Positions 13,091-25,123 of a stretch of 64,000 nucleotides of DNA are shown here, one piece after another; position 1 is the stretch's first letter; the number at the start of each line of letters is the position of its first letter. This DNA comes from Octopus sinensis. Its lineage: Eukaryota. The notes beneath the pieces are model-generated. The model was not told the origin of the DNA, made no database searches, and worked only from the letters and a program-made list of their open reading frames with translations. The position numbers and the translations under genes are program-made. The DNA lies in assembly GCF_006345805.1 (NCBI RefSeq), contig NC_043004.1, positions 84,630,001 to 84,694,000 on the forward strand, written 5' to 3'.

Positions 13091-13765
13091 AACGGAATTT
13101 GTTTCAGGCTCAGCAGCATCAAAAATTGAAATATTGTCACAACTATATTGTGACAACATCAATATTTTTGATGGGTTTTGAAATATTTTCTTCATTCCAA
13201 TTCTTTTTTTTTTAATGTTTTCTGTCCACTATTAAATATTTTAAGTGTTTGTTATCATCTTTCAGATATATATCTTTTTGTTTTCGTTGTTTAATGTTTC
13301 AAAATTCCTATTTCAAATCATATGATCTAATATAACTCCATTGAGTGTTGACACTAATTTAAATCATGCAATTTTCGGTTTATATATGTTATTGTATGTT
13401 ATTTACATTTCTGAGATATTGTTTATTACAATATTGTTATGATTCTATTGCATCTGCAACCAGATAAGTGTAATATGCCGTATTCCATCAAGAAGTACCA
13501 TAAAAACTAAATGTACACAGTATGCAACAATAGAAAATCACGTGACGTTTTCACATATTCTTTAAATACGTCCTTCGACATATGTTATTATTTTATTATA
13601 ATATCGTCTGTTTTTTTTTTATTTTTTGCTTTATTTTAACTCATTGTGTTCCGTTGCTTCTTTTCAATTCAAAATTAATGAAACCCTTTGAAAATTCTAA
13701 AAGTTTTCCTTTTTTTCAGAGTAGGTAACTAATAGATCGTGCTGAAATCACCTAAAGCGAAATGA

Positions 13766-13834
<69 letters not shown>

Positions 13835-13868
13835 AAATGTATATATGTATGATGTATATATATAAATT

Positions 13869-13987
<119 letters not shown>

Positions 13988-14109
13988 ATATGTATAATGT
14001 GTGCGTGTGATTGTGGGTGGCCGTGATTTTGAGTATATATATATATATATTTAGGTATGCTTGTAAATATAAGTAAATATACACAGATGCATATATGATT
14101 TTATATACG

Positions 14110-14229
<120 letters not shown>

Positions 14230-14421
14230 ATATGCATTGATGCTTTGAGATATGTAAAGATATAATTATATCAATATAAATGTTTGTGCCTACTGTTCGT
14301 AGAGAACTGTGTTCATGTAATTCTTTATATTTACATGCGAGTATATCTATATATATGTACATCTATTTATATGTGTATATGTGTGTTTATGTATATATAC
14401 ATACATATATATATATATATG

Positions 14422-14471
<50 letters not shown>

Positions 14472-14473
14472 TA

Positions 14474-14548
<75 letters not shown>

Positions 14549-15151
14549 ATATTCAAATGAGTGTGTGTATGTGAATGTGAATATTTATGTGTGCACATGT
14601 GGGTCACTTCGTTTCAGATTTTTTTTTCCTGTATACCAAACTCTCTTTCCTCCTACATGTATATTATTATTAAAAAAAATCATCTCTCGAAAATATATGA
14701 GAATCTTACTAAAATCGATATGGAAATTAGAATTATTCCATGTTTCCGTTCCTCTGCATGTATTTACAGAAACCGGTTCCGTTATATACTGACACTTATG
14801 TATGTATACAAGGAATTATACATTAAAACTTATGCAAATGCATATGAAAAACTTGAATTTAAAAATTTCGAATATGTTTCTATGATATTAAATACTTTTA
14901 GAGAATATTCAGTGAAGCATTTCCAGAAAAGTAATCCATTGGCCATATATTAGAATATTCGTGCGTAATAATAACAACAACAACAACAACAACAATAATA
15001 GTAATAATAAAAATAATAAATAATAATAATAATAATAAAACAGGCAGTGTAACAACAAAAAAAACATCTGCTACAATTACTTTATTAAGTATTTCTAGCA
15101 GTACAAGAAATAGTAAGGCTGCCAATAATAATACCAGCATTAATAATAATA

Positions 15152-15375
15152 ATGGTTTTAAATTTTGCCACGAGGGCAGGAATTTTTGGAGAATGGATGA
15201 GTCGTGTGCGTAAATGGCATTATTCAAATGGTACTTATTTTATCGACTCCGAATTGATAAAAGGTAAAGTCGACCTCGGCGGAAATTGAATTCAGAATGC
15301 AGCGGGATGGGGGAAGTCGAAGTACTGCTAAGCAATTCGTCCAGCGCGCGAAGCCATTTGCCACTTCGCGGCCTT
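15152..15375 (-). mobile_element. SINE family A
   Basis: aaagtcgacctcggcggaaattgaattcagaa..ctaagcaatt..gcctt on the plus strand. Confidence 0.85.
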
Positions 15376-16117
15376 TATTAGTAATAATGACAACGATAAT
15401 GACAACGAAAGGAGCAGAAACAACAGTAACAACAAAGCAAAAAATCAATGATAGTAATTTTGGACTTTCCCGTCGAAGATGTCGTATGAGCGTTCATTAT
15501 TTAATGAACGACCACTACACATAGTTTGCTTATAATGATGAAACGATCGTACCGCACATTGCTTCACTCTCTCCATCAAAACCACGCCGTTGTCTAAACA
15601 CGCTCAGTGTGGACAACATGTTAGGCGCCAAAGCCATTGAAGAGTAACGTGAGGTGAATATTTGTGCCCCATAACACAACGTACCACCCGTTCTAAGAAT
15701 TGGAATCATAAATGCAGGATTGTGAGTGCAATACCTTAACACCTAAGACATGAGAATCATAGAATCAGACCACTGTACTGGCATCGCAAGAGCAAAATTT
15801 TGGTCACCAGGTTTGGGATCAACTACATGAATGAGCAATGTCTCCTCTGTGCCGTGTCTGTTATGATGATGATGATCATCAAGATCATGATTATGATGAT
15901 GATGATGATCAAGATCATGATGATGATGATGATGATGATGATAATGATGATGATGATTACGATGATGATGTTGGTGGTGGTGGGGGGATGATGATGATGA
16001 TGATAATGATGATGATTGTGAAAGCAGGGAATTTGGTGATGGTGGTGTCGATGATGATGATGATGGTGATGGCGATGATGATGATGATGATGATGACGAT
16101 GATGTTGGTGGTGGTGG

Positions 16118-16151
<34 letters not shown>

Positions 16152-16196
16152 CGTGAAAGCAGGGAATTTGGTGGTGGTGGTGTTGATGATGATGAC

Positions 16197-16229
<33 letters not shown>

Positions 16230-19143
16230 CGTGAAAGCAGGGAATTTTTTTCTGCTGAAGATGATCGCAACCACAATAACAAAGGCTGTAAACATGCGAA
16301 AGCAAAGCCGGGTTTGGGAGCACTCGTCACGATATCAGATCTATTCGACATAAAGTAACACCAAATGCTAAGAGTATATCCGCTTGACAAATGTCACGAT
16401 GCTAAAGAGTATCGTCATTATCAAGGAGCGAAGGCATATTTACGACAATGTAAAAATCCATAGGAAATGATATTCTCCAAGTGGCAAGTCTTGTCGACCA
16501 ACTCTTTGCTTTGCAGTAGTTATTATCATGTAGTAAAGATTCTACAGACTGTTGTATATCATCTTCTCTGCAGGGGCTACTTGATGATATGTACAAAGGA
16601 TAATATCTACGAAAGAATGGTATTAAAAAATAGTTATTCATACATTCAATTAAGACTTCAGTATCAGGATGTTATTTGACATATGGGAGAATGCTATCTC
16701 ACCCGATACTATTTCGATATACTCCAACGATAATAAATTGAGGGATCATAATCTGATAATTTGCAAAGAATCGCTAAGATAAATATTTAGAAATAAGCAA
16801 ATTTTGTATAAGGAAATACACTAAAATGAAGGATAAATTTAGGAAAAAAGTATTACATAACACTCATATTCGATAGTAACAAAATCTAAAACATACACAA
16901 GAAATTCAAGTTAATACGGCTGTAGCATAATAAAGAATAATTTGAAGTAAATAGAAGCTTCAACTAAAAAATTATACATGATTTTATTACAAGTTTCGTT
17001 TAACGGCTCCCACATCAGTTGAAGAAAATACAGGGTACAATTTCAAACAGCAACTCATGTTTTCTGTGCCATAAGTAAAGAACTGAACGCTAAGAATTGT
17101 ACAACGCTGAATGTGAGAAATAAGGAATGGCAGATCAGATATGCAATACCGAAGCTAATATTAAAGGAAAGCAATAAACTACAAACAAGAGTATTTTTGT
17201 CGGCGAAAAATTGATGAATGACAAAAAGCTTATTCAAAATCCAATATCTTTCCCAAATATATGTAAATAAAAGACAATGAAAATGCATGAGATAAATGTT
17301 TGAAAAGTGCTGATAAGCAGCGACGCTCGAGAGAGAATTGTTTTGCCATAGTTAAATGCAAAACTTGAACAAAAGCTCTAGGCGGAAATTGGAAGCAGAT
17401 GTTTCTTTCTAATACTACTCGCCTGAACTGCTACCATAACGAAGTTTTACATTTGTTTCCGTTCGCAAAGTTACCTTGAAATTGTTTCCGTTCGCAAAGT
17501 TACGTTGAAAATATTTGGGACGTGAAAGCCCTATCTCAACTGAAATAGCACATTATGGGATGACGACATTAAGCCATGCAATTTAAAGTAATTAATGTAA
17601 GCTATAAAGCTTGAGATTATATTATTATGCCTGCCCTGAACTTATAATTTGCTTTTTAGTGTGGGACTGCATGAACAAATTACGAATATATAATATACAA
17701 CAGCAACTAAACAGATTATAGCTTTCATTTCGTGGCTGCTACCTGAAATACAATTAGAATTGCAACAAGCGTGAAGAAATATTTTTGTATGTCCACTAAT
17801 GCAATCAATATTTTCAACGAGCATTTTATACGCCATACAAACAGAATAAAGCTATCAAAAAATGTAAACCAATTTGTCGAAAAAGTATTCGTATAAATAA
17901 ATATTTGTAAAATATTTCTACTGAATGAAAACTTAATAAGCTTCATACTGCTGTACACGCTCAGATATTTGTAAGATTTTTAAAAGGATTTAATGCAAAA
18001 GATAAAAGAAATAATACACCGTCTTTTGTGAATCGATGGAATGCTACTTGAAATTATTGACATTATGTTGTGCAGCATACTGCGCCATTAAGCATTTTTC
18101 ACTCAACATTATATGTTTGTTTGCTTGGCACAAAGAAAATACGTTACATATCCTGTCATTTGTATTCAGATTTATTGAAATTTTTTCGAATTCTTCATTT
18201 AATTTTTACTGACTATGTTGTACGAGAAATGAGGTTATTTCCATATATTTATCAAGATAAAGCCAATGCTTCTAATTCAGTTTTTCAGTTGCGGTTTGTT
18301 AGACATAAATTTAATTAAACATTTACACAACTATAGTAGATTAATATATATTATGAATTATTTACTGGCATGTGACTGTGTTATACACATTTCTCCCGTA
18401 AATCTCAGGAACACTTCCATATTATTTCGCAAAATTTTAAACTGCAATCTTCATTGGAACCATGCATACAGCCAAAATGAAATAAACTTACTTATATCAG
18501 GTGCAATTAATAATTAACGACTACGATCTCTTAGATGCTAAAAATATTCCGATTAAGAACTAAATACTTGAGCCCGTTTAATGTTGTGAGATAAAGAAAT
18601 GAAAATCTTGATAATTTTGCTAAAATTGTAATGCAAAACATTACTTCTAGCGAACTTCGTTATCTCGTAAGTATTTATACAATGACAAAGGAATTTGATT
18701 TCTACTAATTGAAAATGCCCTTGAAGGATTAGAAGATGTAGAAGCGTTTACATATTCAAGTATTTCTGTTTTTTTTCTACTTTCTTGTTCATAATTATAC
18801 ACATTTTATACAGTTGATCTGATTGTCGAGATTATAGATGCTGATGAGTTGGTGTCTTATGTTATTTCTTTCTTCAATTTCTCATGTTTACAAATAAATG
18901 ATCGTTGACATTTCTCGTTCCAAGAGAATTGAAGCAATTGTGATGTTATCAGTTGCAATTAAGCTGTTATTCTTCGAGTTGTCACAAACTTTACCATAAC
19001 CAAATTTAATTATGGCGTACTTTTGTTTTTGTTGTCAATATTTTTCTTATTACTTTCTCCTCCACCCATTCCGAATTTTCTTAAGAATTCCCCATTCTTT
19101 AATAGAGGAAATGACATATATATATATACATATATTTATACAT

Positions 19144-19174
<31 letters not shown>

Positions 19175-19175
<1 letters not shown>

Positions 19176-19430
19176 GGATATGCGTGGGCTAGTGATTAGG
19201 GTGTCAGCACCTTGATCGTAAGATTGTTGTTTTGATTCCTGGACCGGGCGACGCGTTGTGTTCTTGAGCAAAACACTTCATTTCACGTTGCTCCAGTCCA
19301 CTCAGCTGGTAAAAATGGGTAACGTTGCGATGGACTGGTGTCCCGTCCAGCTGGGGAACACCACATACGCCAGTGAAACGGGCAAACCAGGCCCATGAGG
19401 CTGGGTAGGCTTTAAAAGGGCGCATATCAT
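19175..19430 (+). mobile_element. tRNA-derived SINE family D
   Basis: Head with A- and B-box-like motifs, central gttcttgagcaaaacacttcatttcacgttgctccagtccactcagctg block, tail ..ctaggctttaaaagggcgcat. A reverse copy lies at 35390. Confidence 0.88.
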
Positions 19431-19713
19431 ATATAACTGGCAAAGAAGGTACGTATATTTTAAGATCTCCAAAAATTGTAATTTTTAATATGTATAAGCC
19501 TTTGAATAATAATATTCTCCTTATGTTAATCTTGTTGTTTATGTAGGGATCTATTTATCGTATTTTTCTTTGTTATAATTATTAAATAATTTAGACAAAC
19601 TTTGATAAATAGATAGGTTTCGATTTAAAATGGTTTAGGCTGTTTAATAATAGAATAATTTTATATAAGATAATATTCCCATTCATAAAGTTGTTTATAG
19701 TAATTATAGTATA

Positions 19714-20380
19714 TTTTAATAATATATTACTAAGTAAGGAATATTCCTATAAGTATGTAGCTGAGTATCTGTGTCTACTGGATTTGTTCCCCCTCTGTGT
19801 TAGAGTATTGCAGTGTGAATACGTTTATGTATGAATGATTGTATGTGTGTGTGTGTGTGAGTATGCATTATTAATGTGTAGAAATATTGTCTTTATGTAT
19901 TTGTGTATGTATAAATATATACGTGTGTGTGTGTTTGTTTACGTATTTATATATGCTTATTACATGCATATAGTATATAGAATATATATGTGTGTGTGTT
20001 TGTTTACGTATTTATATATGTTTATAACATATATATAGTATATAGTATTTAATAATATTTTACTAAGAATGGAATATTTATATAAGTTTGTGGTTGAATA
20101 TCTGCGGCTACTGGATGTTATATTTCCTCTGTGTTAGTATCATGTTGAGAGAATATGTTTATGAATGAGTGATTGTATGTGTGTGTGTGGGAGTATGAAT
20201 AAGTAATGTGTAGAAGTATACGGCTACGTTATAAATTTATCTTTGTCTATATGTTTATGTGTATGTATAGATATATATATGTGTGTGTGAGTTTGTGTAT
20301 GTATTTAGATATGTTCATATAAATACATAGATATATGTGTATGAGTATGTGTGTATATATATTTTTTTTATTTTTTGTTT
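19714..20380. repeat. Diverged tandem duplication, period ~334 bp, upstream of a hammerhead motif
   Basis: The block tttaataata..ttactaag..ggaatatt..ctactggat..ctctgtgttag..tgattgtatgtgtgtgtgtg.gagtatg..aatgtgtagaa occurs at ~19714 and ~20048. Confidence 0.75.
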
Positions 20381-20537
20381 TTTGAAATTAGCTATTTCAT
20401 CTTTAAATATGAGAATTTAAATATACTAGGTTTCATTATATACAATCGTTTATAGAGGTTATTTTAGTTCATTGATAATTTTATATTTTTTATAAATTTA
20501 TATCTTTAAAATATTTATTATATTTTAGGTCTTGAAA

Positions 20538-20583
20538 CCACCTGATGAATGTCAATAGAAGTGACAAGAAACGATCGTAGTGG
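20538..20583 (+). ncRNA. Minimal type I hammerhead ribozyme motif (Penelope-type)
   Basis: Stem I CCAC/GTGG; core CTGATGA; stem II TGTCA/TGACA (A.A at its base); GAAA; stem III AC-GATC-GT with a palindromic loop; cleavage triplet GUA (20577-20579). Confidence 0.75.
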
Positions 20584-20687
20584 ATATCTTAATTATATTT
20601 AATGTATGTAAAATTTTTTATGTATTGGATTAAGTCTTTCTTTGTTTGATTTGCATAATAGTGGTTTTGTCTCTAATTAATATTATA

Positions 20688-20737
<50 letters not shown>

Positions 20738-20739
20738 AG

Positions 20740-20772
<33 letters not shown>

Positions 20773-21140
20773 CATATATCAATCCAAATATGTATCTATT
20801 TAACTATCTTCTATCTCCGTCAGATGTTGGCAATTTCTGTATTGTCCCAAAAGAGACTTCGTGAAGATTTTTCGGAATTTTTCAAATTTAAAACGCAATC
20901 TCCTTACAATTCATGTAATCTATTGATATATTAAAATTTCACCCTTTCGAACTGCCTCAGGTTTTCATTTTTGTCATCTTATTCATTTTCACATTTTTTC
21001 AGTTTTCATTTTTCCTTTTCACGTTTCATTTCTCGTTTCTCAGTCGCAAGTTGCTAATTTCACAATTGCCACTTTCTATTACCTCTTATTTTCTCCTGTC
21101 ATGTTCACTTATACCAACTTCTCTTACACATCGCTCTTTC

Positions 21141-21291
21141 GCGAACCGCTATTATTATTTTATAGATCACGTTTGGCGAACCGCTAAGTCATTTTATTGA
21201 CCTCCTATCACGAACCGCTATGTTATTTTATCGATCTACTTGGCGAACCGCTAAGTTATTTTATCGATCTCGTTTGCCGAACCGCCAAGTT
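21141..21291. repeat. 33-35-bp minisatellite, 5 copies
   Basis: cgaaccgc units start at 21142, 21177, 21211, 21244 and 21278. Confidence 0.9.
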
Positions 21292-21297
21292 CCTTTC

Positions 21298-21726
21298 TGG
21301 GACTGTCACATTAAGTTGAAAGTATACAACTACTCTATTGTACCACTACTGCTTATATCTCTGTGATATTTAGAAATGTAAAATTTCTATTTTTGCAATC
21401 AGTGGATTTATTTCACTACAATTCTTATATGTTTACAAAGGTTACACAAGCATCTCTAACTAGCAGGCCATGCTAGTACAGAATGATGATGAGTAAAGAC
21501 TCAGAAACTAATCTCTGGATGCAGACTTAGCTGGGTGGGAGTGCTTGTCTCCCCCTTGCAAGCATAAGGACACAGGAAATGTGTCAAGGCCGACAGGAAT
21601 CGTTGGTGCTTCCTAGAGCTAAATAGCAGTGGTGTGATTCCCTTCATGGGACTGCCACATTAAGTTGAGAGTATACAACTACTCTATCGTACCACTACTG
21701 CTTATATCTCTCTAAGATATTTAGAA

Positions 21727-21729
<3 letters not shown>
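21298..21729 (+). mobile_element. Retrozyme-like / Penelope pLTR-like unit: 349-bp period, ~80-bp direct repeats, internal degenerate HHR
   Basis: Direct repeats at 21298-21378 and 21647-21729. HHR relic CAGA-ATGATGA-TGAGT-AAAG-ACTCA-GAAAC-TA-ATC-TCTG at 21479-21517. Confidence 0.6.
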
Positions 21730-21762
<33 letters not shown>

Positions 21763-21857
21763 TATAAAACTAGATGCGGATTTTCGGTATTTGACGTCTA
21801 ATTGTAGCGTATAGGCTCTGACATTCAAGCACCCTTAATTATGATTATTTCTTTATC

Positions 21858-22222
21858 GTGGCTCGCCGACGGTTACGACGACAAGTGTTCTATTTGAACC
21901 GATCAACAGAACAGCCTGCTCATGAAATTAACGTGAATGTGGCTGAACACTCCACAGACAAGTGTACCCTTAACGTAGTTTTCAAGGATTCAGTATGACA
22001 AGCCTGGTCATTTGAAATACAGGTGCAACAGTAACAGGAAGAAAGAATATCAGGAAATTGTGGCCAAAGATGACAGCAGGTTTCGCCACCACCTCCTGCC
22101 AGAGTCACGTGGAGGTTTATGTGTTTTCGCTCAATAAAGACTCACAACGTCCGGGCTGGGAATCTAAACCGCTATCCTACGCCCGCGAGTCCGCTGCCCT
22201 AACCACAGGGTCATTGTACCAC
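21858..22222 (-). mobile_element. SINE family C (internally deleted)
   Basis: Reverse-complement match to the 56519-56908 head and 3' part. Confidence 0.85.
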
Positions 22223-22685
22223 CATATCTTCATAATTATGCAGTGATACACACAGACACACGCACAAACACACACACATACACACATAGTAATACTCGTG
22301 TCTCTGTGTGTGTGTTTGTGAGTGGGTTGGTGTTTGCATGCGTGTGTGTATGTCTGTGTCTGTACCTGTGTTCATGTGTATGTGTTTGTGTGTGTGTGAA
22401 TGTGCGCGCTCTCAGATATAATGTAAATATTGTTTTATCCCAGAAGATAGCACGTATTCTATTTCGTTTATATTTTCATCTATCAGACTGCTACTAACTT
22501 CGTCATGTAGTGTGGAAATTTTACTAAATGAAATGAGACGATAATTCGCTGTAAGCGTTTCACTGTCCACTTTGTATACAAACTTAACGTAGAATAAGTG
22601 ATTATCGATTATATAATGTAACAGCTATTTCAGCATTCTTTGAAGAATAACTTACTTCTGATGGCAGCTTTGTGGTGTATTTCCA

Positions 22686-22839
22686 GGAGTGATGGCAGCT
22701 TTGTGATATATTACCAACCACATGGTTCTGGGTTCAGGCCCACTGCGTGGCAACTTGGGCAAGTGTTTTCTACTATAGCCTCTGGCCGACCGAAGTTTTT
22801 TGAGTGGATTTGGTAGAGGAAAACTGAAAGAAGCCCGTC

Positions 22840-22887
<48 letters not shown>

Positions 22888-23103
22888 ATGTTTGCCTGTG
22901 TTTGTCCCCAACATCGCTGGACCACCGATACTGGTGTTTTTACGTTCCCGTAAAATAGCGGTTCGGCAAAAGATATCGATAGAATAAGTACTAGGCTTAC
23001 AAAGAATAAGTCTTGGGATCGATTTGCACGACTAAAGGCGGTGCTCCAGCATGGCAGAAGTCAAATGACTGAAACAAGTAAAAGAGTAACAGAGTAAAGA
23101 GTA
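22686..23103 (+). mobile_element. tRNA-derived SINE family B with central (TA)/(TG) microsatellite
   Basis: accaaccacatggttc.gggttca..cactgcgtggca.cttgggcaagtg..gaaactgaaagaagccc..gcggttcggcaaaag..ggcggtgctccagcatgg..tgactgaaacaagtaaaagag. Confidence 0.9.
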
Positions 23104-23331
23104 TACAATTACATTTATGATTAAGTAGCTACTGTTATACTTATATTGTACCTCTTGTGTTGAACGATTACATTTCATACAAATGTAAATATAAATTTAG
23201 GTATGACATGGACCGTCTAATTACACGCTCACTACTATATAAATGATCTTTAAAACTCTGTACTTCAATTTACTGATGTCATTTTGAAGTACGTCGAAAT
23301 AGTTGAAATGATTGTAAATATTCAGTATATA

Positions 23332-23920
23332 GGCATAAGAGTGGCTGCTTCGTAAATAAATAGCTTGCTTATCAACCACATGGTTCCGGGTACAGTTCCA
23401 CTGGATGGCAATTTGGGCTAGTGTATATATATATATATATGTTTCACTCTTTTACTTGTTTCAGTCATTTGACTGCGGCCATGCTGGAGCACCGCCTTTA
23501 ATCGAGCAACTCGACCCCAGGACTTATTCTTTGTAAGACCAGTACTTATTCTATCGGTCTCTTTTGTCGAACCGCTAAGTGACGGGGACATAAACACACC
23601 AGTATCGATTGTCAAGCAATGCTAGGGGGAAAAACACAGACACACAAACATACACGCATACACACACACACACATATATATATATATGTATATATATATA
23701 TGTGTGTGTGTGTGTGTTTGTGTGTTTGTATTTGTCCTCACCATTACTTGATAACCGATATCGTTGTGTTCATGTCTCATAAACTGGCAGTTCGGCAAAA
23801 GAGAATCATGGAATCAGTACTAGGCTTACGAGGGGTAAGTCCTGGGGTAGATTTGTTCGACTAAAGGCGGTGCTCCGGCATGGCCGCAGTCAAATGACTG
23901 AAAGAATAAAAAAAAAGAAT
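23332..23920. mobile_element. Nested SINE B cluster: (+) head 23332-23422, (-) 3' half 23442-23675, (+) 3' half 23700-23920
   Basis: Blocks match family B in the stated orientations. Confidence 0.85.
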
Positions 23921-24857
23921 ATAAACCGGATTAAAGGATTTCAATGTCTTCTGTCATCAGAGTACTGATAGCGATGATTATGTGAAAAAACGTCAGGATA
24001 ATTGAACAAATATCAGAAAAATCATAAATAGATTTTTGCAGTAATAAAAAAACCAAGAAGAAGGGGCATAGAATGAAATGCAAACACGGCCCATCTTCAT
24101 TTATTTCACAAATAAAAGATGGCATTTTAAAAAAATACATGAGAAGATATAATAGCGTCAAGATTAACAAGTAACAATACCCTGAAACACAATCAACAAA
24201 TACAGGAACAAATATTTGAAAAGATTACGCAACTCACAACAATTACAGCACTTTGAATAGAAAAGTAAATAATAAACGGTGGAGTTCTTTATGTAAAAAA
24301 AGGACCGAAGATAGCATTCAGGCTCAGATTTTTCTAATGACGTAAAATTTCGTAAACGAAATCCTGCATCAACATTATCTATAGCATCAACCATAACACA
24401 AAAGAAAATTATAAGGAATAGAGCACAGAGATTTTTCTTGCTATTCAAATACGCATGTAAAGCAATCAATAGCGAAGTTTGTAAACTACATCAAAAAGTA
24501 AAACTGCGCAAGATTACGTTTATGCAAATACCGTGGAAAGCAATACCCAAAAGGGAAACAATAGGAATCGCTAAGACAAAGAGTGAGAAAGAAGGAAGGG
24601 GGAGACAGAGGGAGATGGAGAGCAAATGTAATTACATGATGAACCAATTTTTTGTAAGTCATTAATAGTATTATATTTTGTAAAATCAGAAGCGACGGAA
24701 TTTGAATGCTTGTGTAAGTGCTGTTGCAAAAATCACTAAGTAACCCCTATGTAGTAACATGTGTACTTATTTTGATACCTGAGTAATAATGTACCTACGT
24801 AAATGCATGGATACACTCACGCCTATATATATATATATATATAATATATATATATCG

Positions 24858-25072
24858 TGATCACGTGACCGACCAGTCCATCAGATGTAGTTGCACATCG
24901 CTGGTCACAATGCGTTCGCATTGTTTTAGCCTTCGAATGACGCCACCCCGCTGGCTAAGCGAGCAGGCTAACAGAAGAAAGAGTGGGAGAAAGAGTGGTG
25001 AAAGAGTACAGCAGGGATCATCACCCCTGCCGGAGCCTCGTGGAGCTTTTAGGTGTTTTCGCTCAATAAACA

Positions 25073-25075
<3 letters not shown>
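24858..25075 (-). mobile_element. SINE family C variant with a different 3' tail ending in cacgtgat repeats
   Basis: Shares ccctgctgtactctttcaccac and ctccacgaggctccggcagggg with 56519. The head is cut off by (AT)n. Confidence 0.8.

Positions 25076-25123
<48 letters not shown>

Noticed and set aside
13703-13729. Strong acceptor followed 5 nt later by a donor-like site (ttttttcag AGTAG gtaact): possible microexon
   Set aside because: A single short motif is expected by chance in AT-rich DNA, and it cannot be tested without RNA data.
16018-16247. CRISPR-like repeat/spacer arrays (also 21141-21291 and 42459-42529)
   Set aside because: Eukaryotic context, no unique equal-length spacers and no cas genes.
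17640-17960. Hydrophobic minus-strand ORFs resembling a membrane receptor pseudogene
   Set aside because: T-rich DNA naturally yields F/L/I/V peptides; no receptor motif recognised.
23935-23965. Minus-strand CTGATGA..GAAAT and similar isolated CTGATGA hits (43790, 59354-59360, 63064)
   Set aside because: No consistent stems I-III or NUH site.
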